DNA from: a virus
IMG/VR virus record: IMGVR_UViG_2860209820_000001
Direction: 5' to 3' (one strand)
DNA length: 64,000 bases
Each line of letters starts with the position of its first letter. Within the stretch, counting starts at the first letter, position 1. This document shows, piece after piece, positions 24,354-33,596 of this stretch. The notes under the pieces were generated by a model. It was not told the DNA's origin. It saw only the letters and a list, made by a program, of their open reading frames with translations, and searched no databases. The position numbers were made by a program, and so were the translations under genes.

Positions 24354-26663
24354 ATGACCCTCCTCACCCCCACCACCCCCACCGCGCCAACGCCCTATAA
24401 TCAGACCGGCTCCACGCTCGTCGACCAAGGCTACAGCGCGATCCCCTGCCGCCCCGGATCCAAGAGACCCGGCTCTTACAGCTATGGCCAGTGGTACGGC
24501 CGGAACGATTGGCAGCAGTACTGCAACCGGCTTCCGACCGACTATGAGACCCGTGCCTGGGAGCGCTGGCCCGATGCTGGCGTCTGCGTGGCGCTCGGCT
24601 ATGCTGGCCTGGTCGCGATCGACATCGATACGGACGACCCGGAGCTGTGTGCCGCATTGGCCGCTGTCATTCCCGAATCCCCGATAATGAAAAGAGGGCA
24701 GAAGGGCTTCACGGCTTTCTACACCGGCCCCAGCACCATCAAGTCGGCAGCGTTCAACGTGAACAACGAGCGCGTCGTGGACCTTCTGGCCCACGGCAAG
24801 CAGACGGTCGTCCCGCCCACCATCCATCCGGAGACGCAAAAGCCCTATCAGTGGATCGGCGAGGCGCTCGAAACCACGACGCCCGACCGTCTACCCGTCC
24901 TCCCCGCTGACATCGCCGAGCGCATTGCGGAGGCCCTGGCGCCGTTTGGCTACGCGCCGACGCATACCCCGAGGCCGCAGGGCGAGGGATACGGCCACTC
25001 AATTTGGCGCGACCTCAACGCCAAGGCGCTCGAAGACCTCGACGCGTGGGTGCCTGCGCTCGATCTCCCCAAATGCAAAAAGACGCCACGCGGCTACGTG
25101 GCTGTGCCGTTCTGGCGACCGTCAAATCGCGGCCGGCCCACCCACCAGCGCAACCCGAATCTGAAAATCACCCGCGACGGTATCAAGGACTTCCATGACG
25201 GGGATCGCGGTTACACCGCCCTCGACGTCGTCATGGAGGCGCTCGGTTGCGGGCTCGACTTCGCGGACCAGTGGTTGCGTGAAAAGCTCGGCTACCAGGA
25301 GCCGGACCTTTACGGGCTCGAAGCCTGGTTCCCGAAGGTCGCTGCCACGGAATCCGCGCCCGAGCCATCCGAGCCCCAGCCTGTCGCGGCACCACGTGCC
25401 AACGTCAACCCGTTCACGCCGTCTGCTGCCGGCGGGCTCCTGCAGGCCATCTCCCAGTGGGTCTTGGACAATGGACGGCGTCCCGTGCCTGAGTATGCCG
25501 TCATGGCCGCCACGACGTTCCTGGCGGGTCTGTACGGCCGTCGCTGCGTCGGACCTACCGGCGCGGGGCTGAACGTCTACTTCGTGGGCTTGGGCTCCTC
25601 TGCCCACGGAAAGGGGCATCCGTTGAAGGCACTCAAGACCCTGGCCGTCGACACCGGCTTGCAGCAGCTCGTCGTTGCCGGCGACTTCACGGCCGACAGC
25701 GCCATCGAGCGCGCCCTGCGACGCTCCCCGTCCATGGTCGTGGCGTGGGACGAGTTCGGGCTGGTCCTCCAGGGTGTGAACGGCAAGAACGCATCCTCCT
25801 GGACGCGCACGGTTCGGCGCGCGCTCCTGGAGGTCTACAGTCTGTCGGCGGACATGTGGACCGGCAAGCAGTATGCGGATCCGAAGCGCGACGATCCCGA
25901 GCCGATCTTCTGCCCCACGCTGTCGATCCTGGGCATGACCACGCCTTCAACGTTCTATGACGGTCTGGCGGACGGCAACCTATCGGACGGCTTCCTGAAC
26001 CGCATGACGGTCATCCACGCCACCGAGACGCCCGAGCGCCGTAAGGCGCCTCCGGTGATGATCACGCCGCCTTCGTTGCAAGCGGCCATCAAGGATGCGG
26101 CAAATACCCAGTTCGGCCGGGGCAACCTCGCAGGCGCAAACCACCGTGATTCCCGCGCCAGGCCCCCCCTCCACGTCGTCGAATGGGACAGCCCCGCTGT
26201 CGAAGCCCGCTGGCTTGAAATCGAGGATTGGCAGATCGCCGAGATCGAGGAGCGCAACGGCGTCGAGGGCATCATCGGGCGCACCGCCGAGCAGACGATC
26301 AAGCTCGCCACCATCCGCGCGCTGTCCCGTGACGGCGCCCGAGCGCGCGTCACACTCGACGATGTTGAGTGGGGTTACGCCGTCGTGCAGCGCTCTCTTG
26401 ATTGCCTCGATCGCGGCGTGCGTGAGCACATGGCGTCGAGCGAGTTCGAGTCCCTCTGCAAGGCGATCGTCGCGGCCCTGCGGAAGTCCAAAGACGGGGC
26501 GATGGGCATGGGCGCGCTTCTCCGCATCAAGGGCATCTCTCGATCGGAGGACCGGCACGTCAACGCGGCCATCGACCGCCTGGTGCGCGTGGGTGACGTG
26601 ACCCGCACACGTGCCCGGAACGGGGGGCAGGGGCTGAAACTGGCGGAATTGGAGGCCGCGTGA
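24354..26663 (+). CDS. bifunctional DNA primase/polymerase with C-terminal DUF3987-like NTPase domain
   Basis: Prim-Pol motifs AIDIDTD and QTVVPPTIHP; GSSAHGKG and WDEFG in the C-terminal domain. Confidence 0.85.
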   Translation: MTLLTPTTPTAPTPYNQTGSTLVDQGYSAIPCRPGSKRPGSYSYGQWYGRNDWQQYCNRLPTDYETRAWERWPDAGVCVALGYAGLVAIDIDTDDPELCAALAAVIPESPIMKRGQKGFTAFYTGPSTIKSAAFNVNNERVVDLLAHGKQTVVPPTIHPETQKPYQWIGEALETTTPDRLPVLPADIAERIAEALAPFGYAPTHTPRPQGEGYGHSIWRDLNAKALEDLDAWVPALDLPKCKKTPRGYVAVPFWRPSNRGRPTHQRNPNLKITRDGIKDFHDGDRGYTALDVVMEALGCGLDFADQWLREKLGYQEPDLYGLEAWFPKVAATESAPEPSEPQPVAAPRANVNPFTPSAAGGLLQAISQWVLDNGRRPVPEYAVMAATTFLAGLYGRRCVGPTGAGLNVYFVGLGSSAHGKGHPLKALKTLAVDTGLQQLVVAGDFTADSAIERALRRSPSMVVAWDEFGLVLQGVNGKNASSWTRTVRRALLEVYSLSADMWTGKQYADPKRDDPEPIFCPTLSILGMTTPSTFYDGLADGNLSDGFLNRMTVIHATETPERRKAPPVMITPPSLQAAIKDAANTQFGRGNLAGANHRDSRARPPLHVVEWDSPAVEARWLEIEDWQIAEIEERNGVEGIIGRTAEQTIKLATIRALSRDGARARVTLDDVEWGYAVVQRSLDCLDRGVREHMASSEFESLCKAIVAALRKSKDGAMGMGALLRIKGISRSEDRHVNAAIDRLVRVGDVTRTRARNGGQGLKLAELEAA

Positions 26664-26885
26664 ACATGCAGCAAACGTGTTGGCCAAACGTGTAAAAGGG
26701 GGATTCTTGCATGTTCGAACGTGTAAAGATGTAGAAATCCGGAAAGGTGCTGCACGTTAAAAATTCCCCTTTTATCTTTATATATCATCTACTTATAACT
26801 TTAACATGTAAATATAGGGGGTATACCCTTATACTCTAAAAAGGAGGTCTGAATCTGGGAAGAGTGTATATATTACACGTAAGGC
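26664..26885. other. candidate replication origin
   Basis: AT-rich non-coding stretch right after the primase gene; AACGTGT at 26674, 26687, 26718, AACATGT at 26803, inverted copy at 26874. Confidence 0.55.
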
Positions 26886-26951
26886 AAAACCGGCCCTGAG
26901 AGCCGGGAGACAACAACACGCTCTACGGCCCGCCATCACCCAAGGACAACG

Positions 26952-27335
26952 ATGGCAACCAGACGAATTCCCGAATGGCGCTTGCAGCACGCTGCGATCA
27001 AAGCGCTCTTCCAGGCCCGCAAGGATGGCATGCCCCTCCGATACGCGGCCAGCATGAACGCCGGGCTTCGCAGCCCAAGAGACCGGGCAATCGCCAAAGC
27101 CACGGGCATGGCGGCCGGTGAACCGGATCTGAACATCTACCTGCCTCACGGCAACCTGCTCCAGATCGAATACAAGACCGAGGACGGCGAGCTGTCCTCA
27201 GAGCAAATCGACGCCCACGCCGAAATTCTCGAGCTGGGCTTCCCTCCCGTGGCCGTCGTCATCGCCAAGGACGAAGACGACGCAGCCAGCCAGACCATGG
27301 CGCTCGTGCGCCAGCGCATTCAGGACAGCCAATGA
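26952..27335 (+). CDS. VRR-NUC domain nuclease / resolvase
   Basis: EWRLQ, GMAAGEPDLNIY, IEYKT...LSSEQ. Confidence 0.8.
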   Translation: MATRRIPEWRLQHAAIKALFQARKDGMPLRYAASMNAGLRSPRDRAIAKATGMAAGEPDLNIYLPHGNLLQIEYKTEDGELSSEQIDAHAEILELGFPPVAVVIAKDEDDAASQTMALVRQRIQDSQ

Positions 27336-28015
27336 CCATAGCAGCCAATGACAACGCCCCTTCGGCCCGAAAGCTCGCGATGGACGCGGAGCGGAAGAGA
27401 GACGACCGAGCGGCTGAAAAATTGAAGCGCTCGATCAGGGCTCGACAGGCGATCGGGGAGGGATGGGACGGCAGGGCCGACAACGACAACATCGCATGGC
27501 CCCTGGCCAAGGCGCTACTGGCCGAAAAGAACGGCGACCTGCTCAAATACGCCATCCGATATCGGCAGATCGAAGCCAGCGCGACGAGCGGCGCGCTGCT
27601 GGGAGGGACATCGCAGGGCATGGAGTTCATGCCGCTCGATCAGCGAACCTGGCTCAATGCGAAGGGCGAGGTTGTTAACAAGGGGGCCCGGAAGCTAACC
27701 GCCGTGGAGGTGACCGGCGACATCGGCACGCAGAACGGCGCGAAGGTCGCAAAGAAGTGGAACGGCGACGCCAAGGTCAATGCGATGATCGACGACAAGG
27801 CCTTGCTGGCACAGTTGCGCAGCCGGCTGGGCCTCATCCTTGAGCCCTTCGAGGATCTTGTGCTGCACGGCGCTACGCTGGAGAGGGTTGGGCGCGCACT
27901 CGGTTCGGGAAACATCAATGCAGCAACTGGAGCGGCTAAGGCTGTCGCCCACATGGGCCTCATCGCTATCCGCGACGCACTTGGCGAAATCAGGCGAGAA
28001 GACATAGCAGCGTAG
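27332..28015 (+). CDS. putative late-gene regulator (Q/antiterminator-like position)
   Basis: Follows the resolvase; C-terminal TLERVGRALG...AAKA...LIAIRD HTH-like segment. Confidence 0.5.
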   Translation: MTIAANDNAPSARKLAMDAERKRDDRAAEKLKRSIRARQAIGEGWDGRADNDNIAWPLAKALLAEKNGDLLKYAIRYRQIEASATSGALLGGTSQGMEFMPLDQRTWLNAKGEVVNKGARKLTAVEVTGDIGTQNGAKVAKKWNGDAKVNAMIDDKALLAQLRSRLGLILEPFEDLVLHGATLERVGRALGSGNINAATGAAKAVAHMGLIAIRDALGEIRREDIAA

Positions 28016-28096
28016 CTGCTCATGACCAGATCACCCTCCCGTGCGGGTTAATGGGAAGCCAATCAACTTCCACCGAATTTCAGGAGCGCGTCCTCG

Positions 28097-28348
28097 ATGA
28101 CGAAGCGTCCAAGCCTCGACCACTATGACAATCGCGACTACGACAACGCCACGCTTTTGACGGGCGACGCATGGGCCAACGATGCCCTGTACATCTCCAT
28201 GACCGAGGGCAGAACGCATGCCCGCGACAAAGCGCTGCTGAAGCAGTTCGGCGTGGATGGAAGCGTCCCGCTCCATCAGGCGATGATCAACGCTGGCCTG
28301 GCAGCCAATGACAACAACCCACCTGTCGCCATGGCCGTTGCCGCATAG
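28097..28348 (+). CDS. hypothetical protein with ssrA-like C-terminus
   Basis: 83 aa, RBS GGAG, ends AANDNNPPVAMAVAA. Confidence 0.55.
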   Translation: MTKRPSLDHYDNRDYDNATLLTGDAWANDALYISMTEGRTHARDKALLKQFGVDGSVPLHQAMINAGLAANDNNPPVAMAVAA

Positions 28349-28550
28349 CAGAATTTGGGCAGGCTAACAGTTTGCCGATGCGCTCAGCGATCGGACTGCC
28401 CACGTAACGACGCCGCCTTGGCTGTGTGCCGGGGCGGCTCACCAATTCACACGGGAGAGCCACGAGGGTGGATGCCTGCGGTTCGTTCGCGGACATGAAA
28501 GCCCGAAGCCAAAGCGGACGTCGTATGGCTCCGCAGACAGTGGCGCAAAG

Positions 28551-28805
28551 TCATTGCGATGTGCCGACCACTTCGAATTCAAAGTCCTGCTGATTGCATT
28601 GCTCGCAGACGATGTTGAGCGCCTGGGGGATATTGGCGGCCTGTAGTTGTTCCTGTGAGGGCAGGAGGTCGTCGTAGGGCTCAATAGCGATCCCGCGCTC
28701 GTTGATGATATGGCAGTGCTTGCAGACGGCATAGTACCGAACTGACGTTGCACTCAGCTGGTCCGCGGTTAACGGCGGGATGTTTGAGATCTCGATATGG
28801 GCCAT
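28551..28805 (-). CDS. zinc-binding moron protein
   Basis: CKHC...CEQC, GGAG RBS, antisense to the late operon. Confidence 0.55.
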   Translation of the reverse strand: MAHIEISNIPPLTADQLSATSVRYYAVCKHCHIINERGIAIEPYDDLLPSQEQLQAANIPQALNIVCEQCNQQDFEFEVVGTSQ

Positions 28806-29019
28806 CGTTTCTCTCCATAAATGTTCCCTATTTGTTCACGTTGAGATTGCTGAGTCAACCCACGGTCATTCCCGGACTGCCTCTGGCGCTCGCCGCTATG
28901 CCGCCGGCCCAGGTGACGTGCCGCACGATGCGCGGCCGCCGTCGCCGACCCTCGGAGACAAATCCGACCGGATCGGGTTCCTAGGCCGATCACGACGGGA
29001 CAAAGGCCGGGGATTATTC

Positions 29020-29107
29020 GGGAAGGCGCCAAAGCCGGAGAGTTGGGGCGGGCTGTAAACCCGCTGCCTTTGTTGCTGAGTAGGTTCGACTCCTACCCTT
29101 CCCACCA
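29020..29107 (+). tRNA. tRNA-Tyr (GTA)
   Basis: Acceptor gggaagg/ccttccc + A-CCA; anticodon stem gcggg/cccgc with loop ctGTAaa; long variable arm; T arm gtagg-ttcgact-cctac. Confidence 0.85.
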
Positions 29108-29257
29108 GTTCAGCGCGGCAGTAACCGGGGCGGATTGCCCACACGGCGAGCCCGCGCCTGGTGCGGTGACACGGTGATCAGCATGCCGTGGGTGCCCGCC
29201 TGATCAGGGCATTTCACTTTGCGAGGGGTTGCTGGCCTCGCCCGCACCACCTCATCA

Positions 29258-29333
29258 GCCGCCGTAGCTCAGCTGGAAGAGCAGTCCCTTTGTACGGCAC
29301 AGGTCGCGGGTTCGATTCCTGCCGGCGGCTCCA
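29258..29333 (+). tRNA. tRNA-Thr (TGT)
   Basis: 76 nt; acceptor gccgccg/cggcggc + T-CCA; D arm gctc/gagc; loop ttTGTac (one C-C mismatch in stem); T loop ttcgatt. Confidence 0.85.
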
Positions 29334-29495
29334 ACACCATCGAGGCATCCGCATGCACGCAGTCGCGATAGCCTTCTGGGTGCACGCCATCCACTGCATG
29401 TGGGTTGGCGTGTTCGGTACCTGATCGCCGCAAGGCGACCCTCGGCCGGGTCGAGCACCAACGTGCTCCCCGGCCGCTTTTCTTTTCGGTGGGCC

Positions 29496-30005
29496 ATGCA
29501 GATCCTCGTCTCCACAGACGGCGTGCTCCAGCAGTTCGCAGATGCCATCCAACCTGCACGCATGCAGCGCGCCATGCGCGAGGGCTTGCAGGAGGGCGGC
29601 AAGAAGACGCTGACGCGGGTCCGTAGGGCATTGCGCAAACAGACGGGCGTCAAGGCTTACAGGGCCATCGTGGAGCGCACGCACGGCAGCATGGCTGGCG
29701 ACCTCGCCTACGTCATCCGAGGCGAGGGCAAGGGAATGCCGATCGGCAATTTCCGTGTTGGCGTGAACCGCAAGGGCGTGCTGGCCTTCCCATGGGGCAC
29801 GGCACATCAGTTTAAGCGATCGTTCGCCAGCGGCGGGCGCTACCGAGCGCGTACCACTGCAGCCCGCTTCCCTATCCGCGCCCTCTACGGCCCGTCGGTG
29901 GCCAAGGAGATCGTGAAGGACCAGAGTGAGCAGACGTTCGAGCAGTCGGCGCGCACCTTCGTGCTGGACGCCATCACCCGCCGCATCATGAGGGCGATGC
30001 CGTAG
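29496..30005 (+). CDS. minor tail protein Z-like
   Basis: RALRKQTGVK, RFPIRALYGPSVAKEI motifs. Confidence 0.6.
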   Translation: MQILVSTDGVLQQFADAIQPARMQRAMREGLQEGGKKTLTRVRRALRKQTGVKAYRAIVERTHGSMAGDLAYVIRGEGKGMPIGNFRVGVNRKGVLAFPWGTAHQFKRSFASGGRYRARTTAARFPIRALYGPSVAKEIVKDQSEQTFEQSARTFVLDAITRRIMRAMP

Positions 30006-30016
30006 ACGGAGGCGCG

Positions 30017-30832
30017 ATGCAGGCCGATAGAAAAATTTTTGTCTGCCAGCAGTGCCAGGCCGAATGCGTGGTCCCCGAAGGCCAAAAACGCAAGAAGTGG
30101 TGCGACGAGTGCCGCGTCATACGCGAGCGCGAGCGCTGGCGGGAGAAGGCTGCTGCAAGGGCGCTTCCCGATGGGCATCCACGAAAGCCGAGGCCTAAGG
30201 GCTCTCCCCGCAAGCCACGCACGGCCGAACAACGGCGGGGCGAGCGCGAGAGGGCGGCCGCTAGGCAGGGTCGCGTTCTACTGACGCGCGATGAATACAA
30301 CGCTCAAGTCTCGCGTCTGGCCGCTGAGCGCCGCGAAGAGAAGAGGGCAGACGCTGCAGAAGCGCATAAGGCAAAACGTGCGGCCGATCGCATCGAGAGC
30401 GCAAAGCATAAACCGTGGCTTGCGCCTGGTTTGTCGAGCGCTGAGAGGTGGAGACTGCGCTACAAGCACGATCCGGTGTTCAACCTTCGCGAGCGCGTTC
30501 GTAGCCAAGTAAGAGACAGGCGCAAATGCGCTCGACACGAAAAAGGCCTGCGTGGCGCTCTGACGTCAATGACGTCTGGCGGAAAGATCTTCGATGAGCT
30601 TGGCTATACACCTGCCCAGCTTCGGGCCTCATTTGAGAGGCAGTTCACGCGAGGCATGTCGTGGCAGAAGTTCTCCCGCGGTCTCATCCACATAGATCAC
30701 ATCTTGCCACTCTCATCGTTTGACTTGGCGAATGACAACGAGGTGCGGTCTGCGTGGTCATTGGCAAACCTACGGCCAATGTGGGCCAACGACAACATCA
30801 AGAAGGGCACGCGGCGTGAGGTGTTGTGCTAG
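30017..30832 (+). CDS. HNH endonuclease with N-terminal zinc finger
   Basis: CQQC...CDEC; HIDHILPLSSFDL...SLANLRPMWANDNIKKG. Confidence 0.8.
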   Translation: MQADRKIFVCQQCQAECVVPEGQKRKKWCDECRVIRERERWREKAAARALPDGHPRKPRPKGSPRKPRTAEQRRGERERAAARQGRVLLTRDEYNAQVSRLAAERREEKRADAAEAHKAKRAADRIESAKHKPWLAPGLSSAERWRLRYKHDPVFNLRERVRSQVRDRRKCARHEKGLRGALTSMTSGGKIFDELGYTPAQLRASFERQFTRGMSWQKFSRGLIHIDHILPLSSFDLANDNEVRSAWSLANLRPMWANDNIKKGTRREVLC

Positions 30833-30868
30833 GGGCGAGCGATAGGTTCTTCCCCGGTACCCCCACCC

Positions 30869-30884
30869 CTGCGCGGCGACGGCA
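30869..30884. other. candidate cosN packaging site
   Basis: GCGCGGCGACGG (30871-30882) matches lambda cosN GGGCGGCGACCT at 9/12; lies about 45 nt upstream of the small terminase gene. Confidence 0.45.
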
Positions 30885-30928
30885 GCCCTAAAAAACGCTA
30901 GTTCCAGCCGAATTTCCGAGGTTCGCAC

Positions 30929-31507
30929 TTGGGTGTTTCACGTCGAGAGCTAGCCCGGATCCTTGGGGTGTCGGAGGCCGGCGTCCGAAAGGCACTGAGC
31001 CAAGGGAAAATCGCGGCGCTGCCCGATGGGACGATTGATCCCGAAGCGGCACGCGAGGCCTGGGCCAAAAACTCTGACCCGGCGCGCACCAAAGTGCGCA
31101 GTGCGCGCACCGTGCGCACGGAGACCGATCAGGCGCCGGCGCTCGACGAGGGTGGCGCCCGTGAAGCGGTCAACCTGATCAAGCGCGTCTTGATGGAGGA
31201 GGGCGGGGCGGAATCCACTGGCCTCGACTTCGACCAGGCCCGCACGGCCGAGACGATCCTGAAGGCCCGCGAGCGCGACATCCGCATCGCGAAGCTTCGG
31301 AAGGAGCTCGTGCCGCTCGACGCCGTCCGCAAGCACGTCAATCGCGCCTTCACAGGCTATCGCCAGGCGGTTCAGGGCATCCCGGCGCGCTTCGGCGCGC
31401 AGATGGCAGCTGAGGTCGGCTGTGACGTTGGGCTCCTCGATGTGGCGCTGAACAAAGTGATCGCGATGGTGCTCGATGAATTATCAAGCCCGGTGGTCCG
31501 AGCCTGA
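30929..31507 (+). CDS. terminase small subunit (Nu1-like)
   Basis: N-terminal wHTH VSRRELARILGVSEAGVRKA; coiled coil; precedes the GpA-like gene. Confidence 0.8.
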   Translation: MGVSRRELARILGVSEAGVRKALSQGKIAALPDGTIDPEAAREAWAKNSDPARTKVRSARTVRTETDQAPALDEGGAREAVNLIKRVLMEEGGAESTGLDFDQARTAETILKARERDIRIAKLRKELVPLDAVRKHVNRAFTGYRQAVQGIPARFGAQMAAEVGCDVGLLDVALNKVIAMVLDELSSPVVRA

Positions 31508-33392
31508 TGCAGAGTACCAAGGCTTCGCCGATGTAGAGGACGAGCTTCGGTATGCCATCCGGCCGGAGCCCGTTCTAACGGTTTCGCAGTGGGCGGATAA
31601 GTACCGCGTCCTCTCGACCAAGCTGGCGGCCGAAGCCGGCAACTACCGCACCGATCGTGTGCCGTTTCTGCGTGACGTGATGGACGCGCTGTCGCCCATG
31701 CACACCGCACGGCGCGTCGTGTTCATGAAGTCGGCGCAGGTTGGCGCCACCGAGGCCGGCAACAACTGGCTCGGCTACATCATGCATTGGTCGCCGGCGC
31801 CCGTCATGGGCGTGTGGCCGACCGTCGACACCGCCAAGAAGGTTTCGCAGCAGCGTGTTCAGCCCCTGATCGATGATTGCCCCGAGTTGCGGGCGATCAT
31901 GGGTGACGCCAAGTCGCGCGACAGCGGCAACACGGTGCTCGCCAAGACGTTCCCCGGCGGCATCCTCGTGATGACCGGAGCGAACTCCGGTGTTGGGCTG
32001 CGCTCAATGCCGGCGCGTTACGCCTTCCTTGACGAGGTGGATGCCTATCCGGGCGACGTCGACGGCGAAGGCGACCCGATCGCTCTTGTCGCGAACCGCA
32101 CAACGACCTTCGGCCGCAAGGCCAAGATGTTTTTGGTGTCCACGCCGACGATCCACGGCGAGAGCCGGATCGAGCGTGAATATGAGAAGTCGGACCAGCG
32201 CCGCTACTTCATTCCCTGCCCAGACTGCGGCGGGATGCAGTGGCTGAAGTGGGAAGGGTTGCAGTGGACGGCAGGCAAGCCGGAGACGGCACGCTACGCT
32301 TGCGAGCATTGCGGTGTTCTGTTCGAGGAGCGCCACAAGACGTCGTTCCTGGCGAAGGGCGAGTGGCGCGCGACGGCTGAACCTGTCGATCCGAACTCGG
32401 TGGGCTTCCATATCTCGGGGCTCTATTCGCCGCTCGGGTGGCTCTCCTGGGAGGAAATGGCGCGCGAGTGGGAAGAAGCCCAAGGCGACATCTCGAAGCT
32501 CAAGACCTTCAAGAACACGCGCCTCGGTGAGACGTGGTTCGAAGCGTCCGAGCTCGTCGACTGGGAGCGGATCTACGAACGGCGCGAGAGCTGGCAGCCG
32601 GGCACGTTGCCTTCGGGCGTGACGATGATCACGGCGGCGGTCGACGTTCAGGCAAGTCCGGCGCGCCTCGAGCTCCACGTGTGGGGCTGGGGCGAGGGGC
32701 TGGAGAGTTGGGCGATCGAGAAGCGGGTCTTCTACGGCCCGGCCGACGATCCGAAGACATGGGCCGGGGTAGAGCAAGCCCTCGACGATACGTGGCGCCA
32801 TACGTCCGGCGTGCTGATGAAGATCGATCTGCTCGCCGTGGACACCGGCGACCAGACGACGGCCGTCTACGGCTGGATCTCGAAGCAGGACCAGGCGCGC
32901 GTGCTGGCGATCAAGGGGCGGCGCGGCTACGAGGCTAATGCGCCCGTCTCGACGCCGACCAACATCCCGTTCGGGCGCCGCAAGCGCGCGATCCGGCTGC
33001 GGTCGATCACCGGCGACGTGTTCAAGGCGGAGCTCTACCGGTTCCTGATCCGCGGTCGTGAAGAGGCTGGAGCATACCCTCCGGGATATGTCCACGTGCC
33101 GGATTTCATGGATGCGGAATGGTGCAAGCAGCTGGTCGCTGAGCGACGGGTACGCCGCAAGACCGGTCGTTACGAGTGGGTGATGGATCACAAGGCCAAC
33201 GAGGCGCTGGACTGTCGGGTCTATTCCAGAGCGGCGCTTTGGACGCGCGGCGTGGCGTCATGGTCGCCGGAGCGGTGGAAGCGGGAGCGCGAGGTCAGAG
33301 GCCTTGATGCGGTTCCGGTCGAGCGGGTGCAGCAGACGCAGCCCCGTGCCAATTCATTTTTGGGTGAGAGGCGGCGCGGATGGCTGACCTGA
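31476..33392 (+). CDS. terminase large subunit (lambda GpA family)
   Basis: MKSAQVGATE, LDEVDAYP, STPT, CPDC/CEHC, VDVQ, NEALDCRVY. Confidence 0.95.
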   Translation: MNYQARWSEPDAEYQGFADVEDELRYAIRPEPVLTVSQWADKYRVLSTKLAAEAGNYRTDRVPFLRDVMDALSPMHTARRVVFMKSAQVGATEAGNNWLGYIMHWSPAPVMGVWPTVDTAKKVSQQRVQPLIDDCPELRAIMGDAKSRDSGNTVLAKTFPGGILVMTGANSGVGLRSMPARYAFLDEVDAYPGDVDGEGDPIALVANRTTTFGRKAKMFLVSTPTIHGESRIEREYEKSDQRRYFIPCPDCGGMQWLKWEGLQWTAGKPETARYACEHCGVLFEERHKTSFLAKGEWRATAEPVDPNSVGFHISGLYSPLGWLSWEEMAREWEEAQGDISKLKTFKNTRLGETWFEASELVDWERIYERRESWQPGTLPSGVTMITAAVDVQASPARLELHVWGWGEGLESWAIEKRVFYGPADDPKTWAGVEQALDDTWRHTSGVLMKIDLLAVDTGDQTTAVYGWISKQDQARVLAIKGRRGYEANAPVSTPTNIPFGRRKRAIRLRSITGDVFKAELYRFLIRGREEAGAYPPGYVHVPDFMDAEWCKQLVAERRVRRKTGRYEWVMDHKANEALDCRVYSRAALWTRGVASWSPERWKREREVRGLDAVPVERVQQTQPRANSFLGERRRGWLT

Positions 33393-33595
33393 CGACGGAG
33401 GAGAAGCAGGAGCTTCTCCTCGACTTGAAACGCGCGCTCGCCATGGGCGCGCTCCGCGTCCGCGCCGGAGACCGGGACATCACGTACCGTTCCCGCGAGG
33501 ACATGAAGCGGATCATCGCCGATCTGGAAGCCGAGTTGGACCCGCCCACGCGGCCAGCTTCAAGCGCTCGCCTCATCTCCTTCCACAGGGGGTAG
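33380..33595 (+). CDS. head-tail joining protein (gpW-like)
   Basis: GALRVRAGDRDITYRSREDM; lies between terminase and portal. Confidence 0.75.
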   Translation: MADLTTEEKQELLLDLKRALAMGALRVRAGDRDITYRSREDMKRIIADLEAELDPPTRPASSARLISFHRG

Positions 33596-33596
33596 C

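Noticed and set aside
30728-30796. Two ANDN motifs in the HNH gene 30017..30832
   Set aside because: They lie inside the catalytic HNH core, not in a free tail ending in AA
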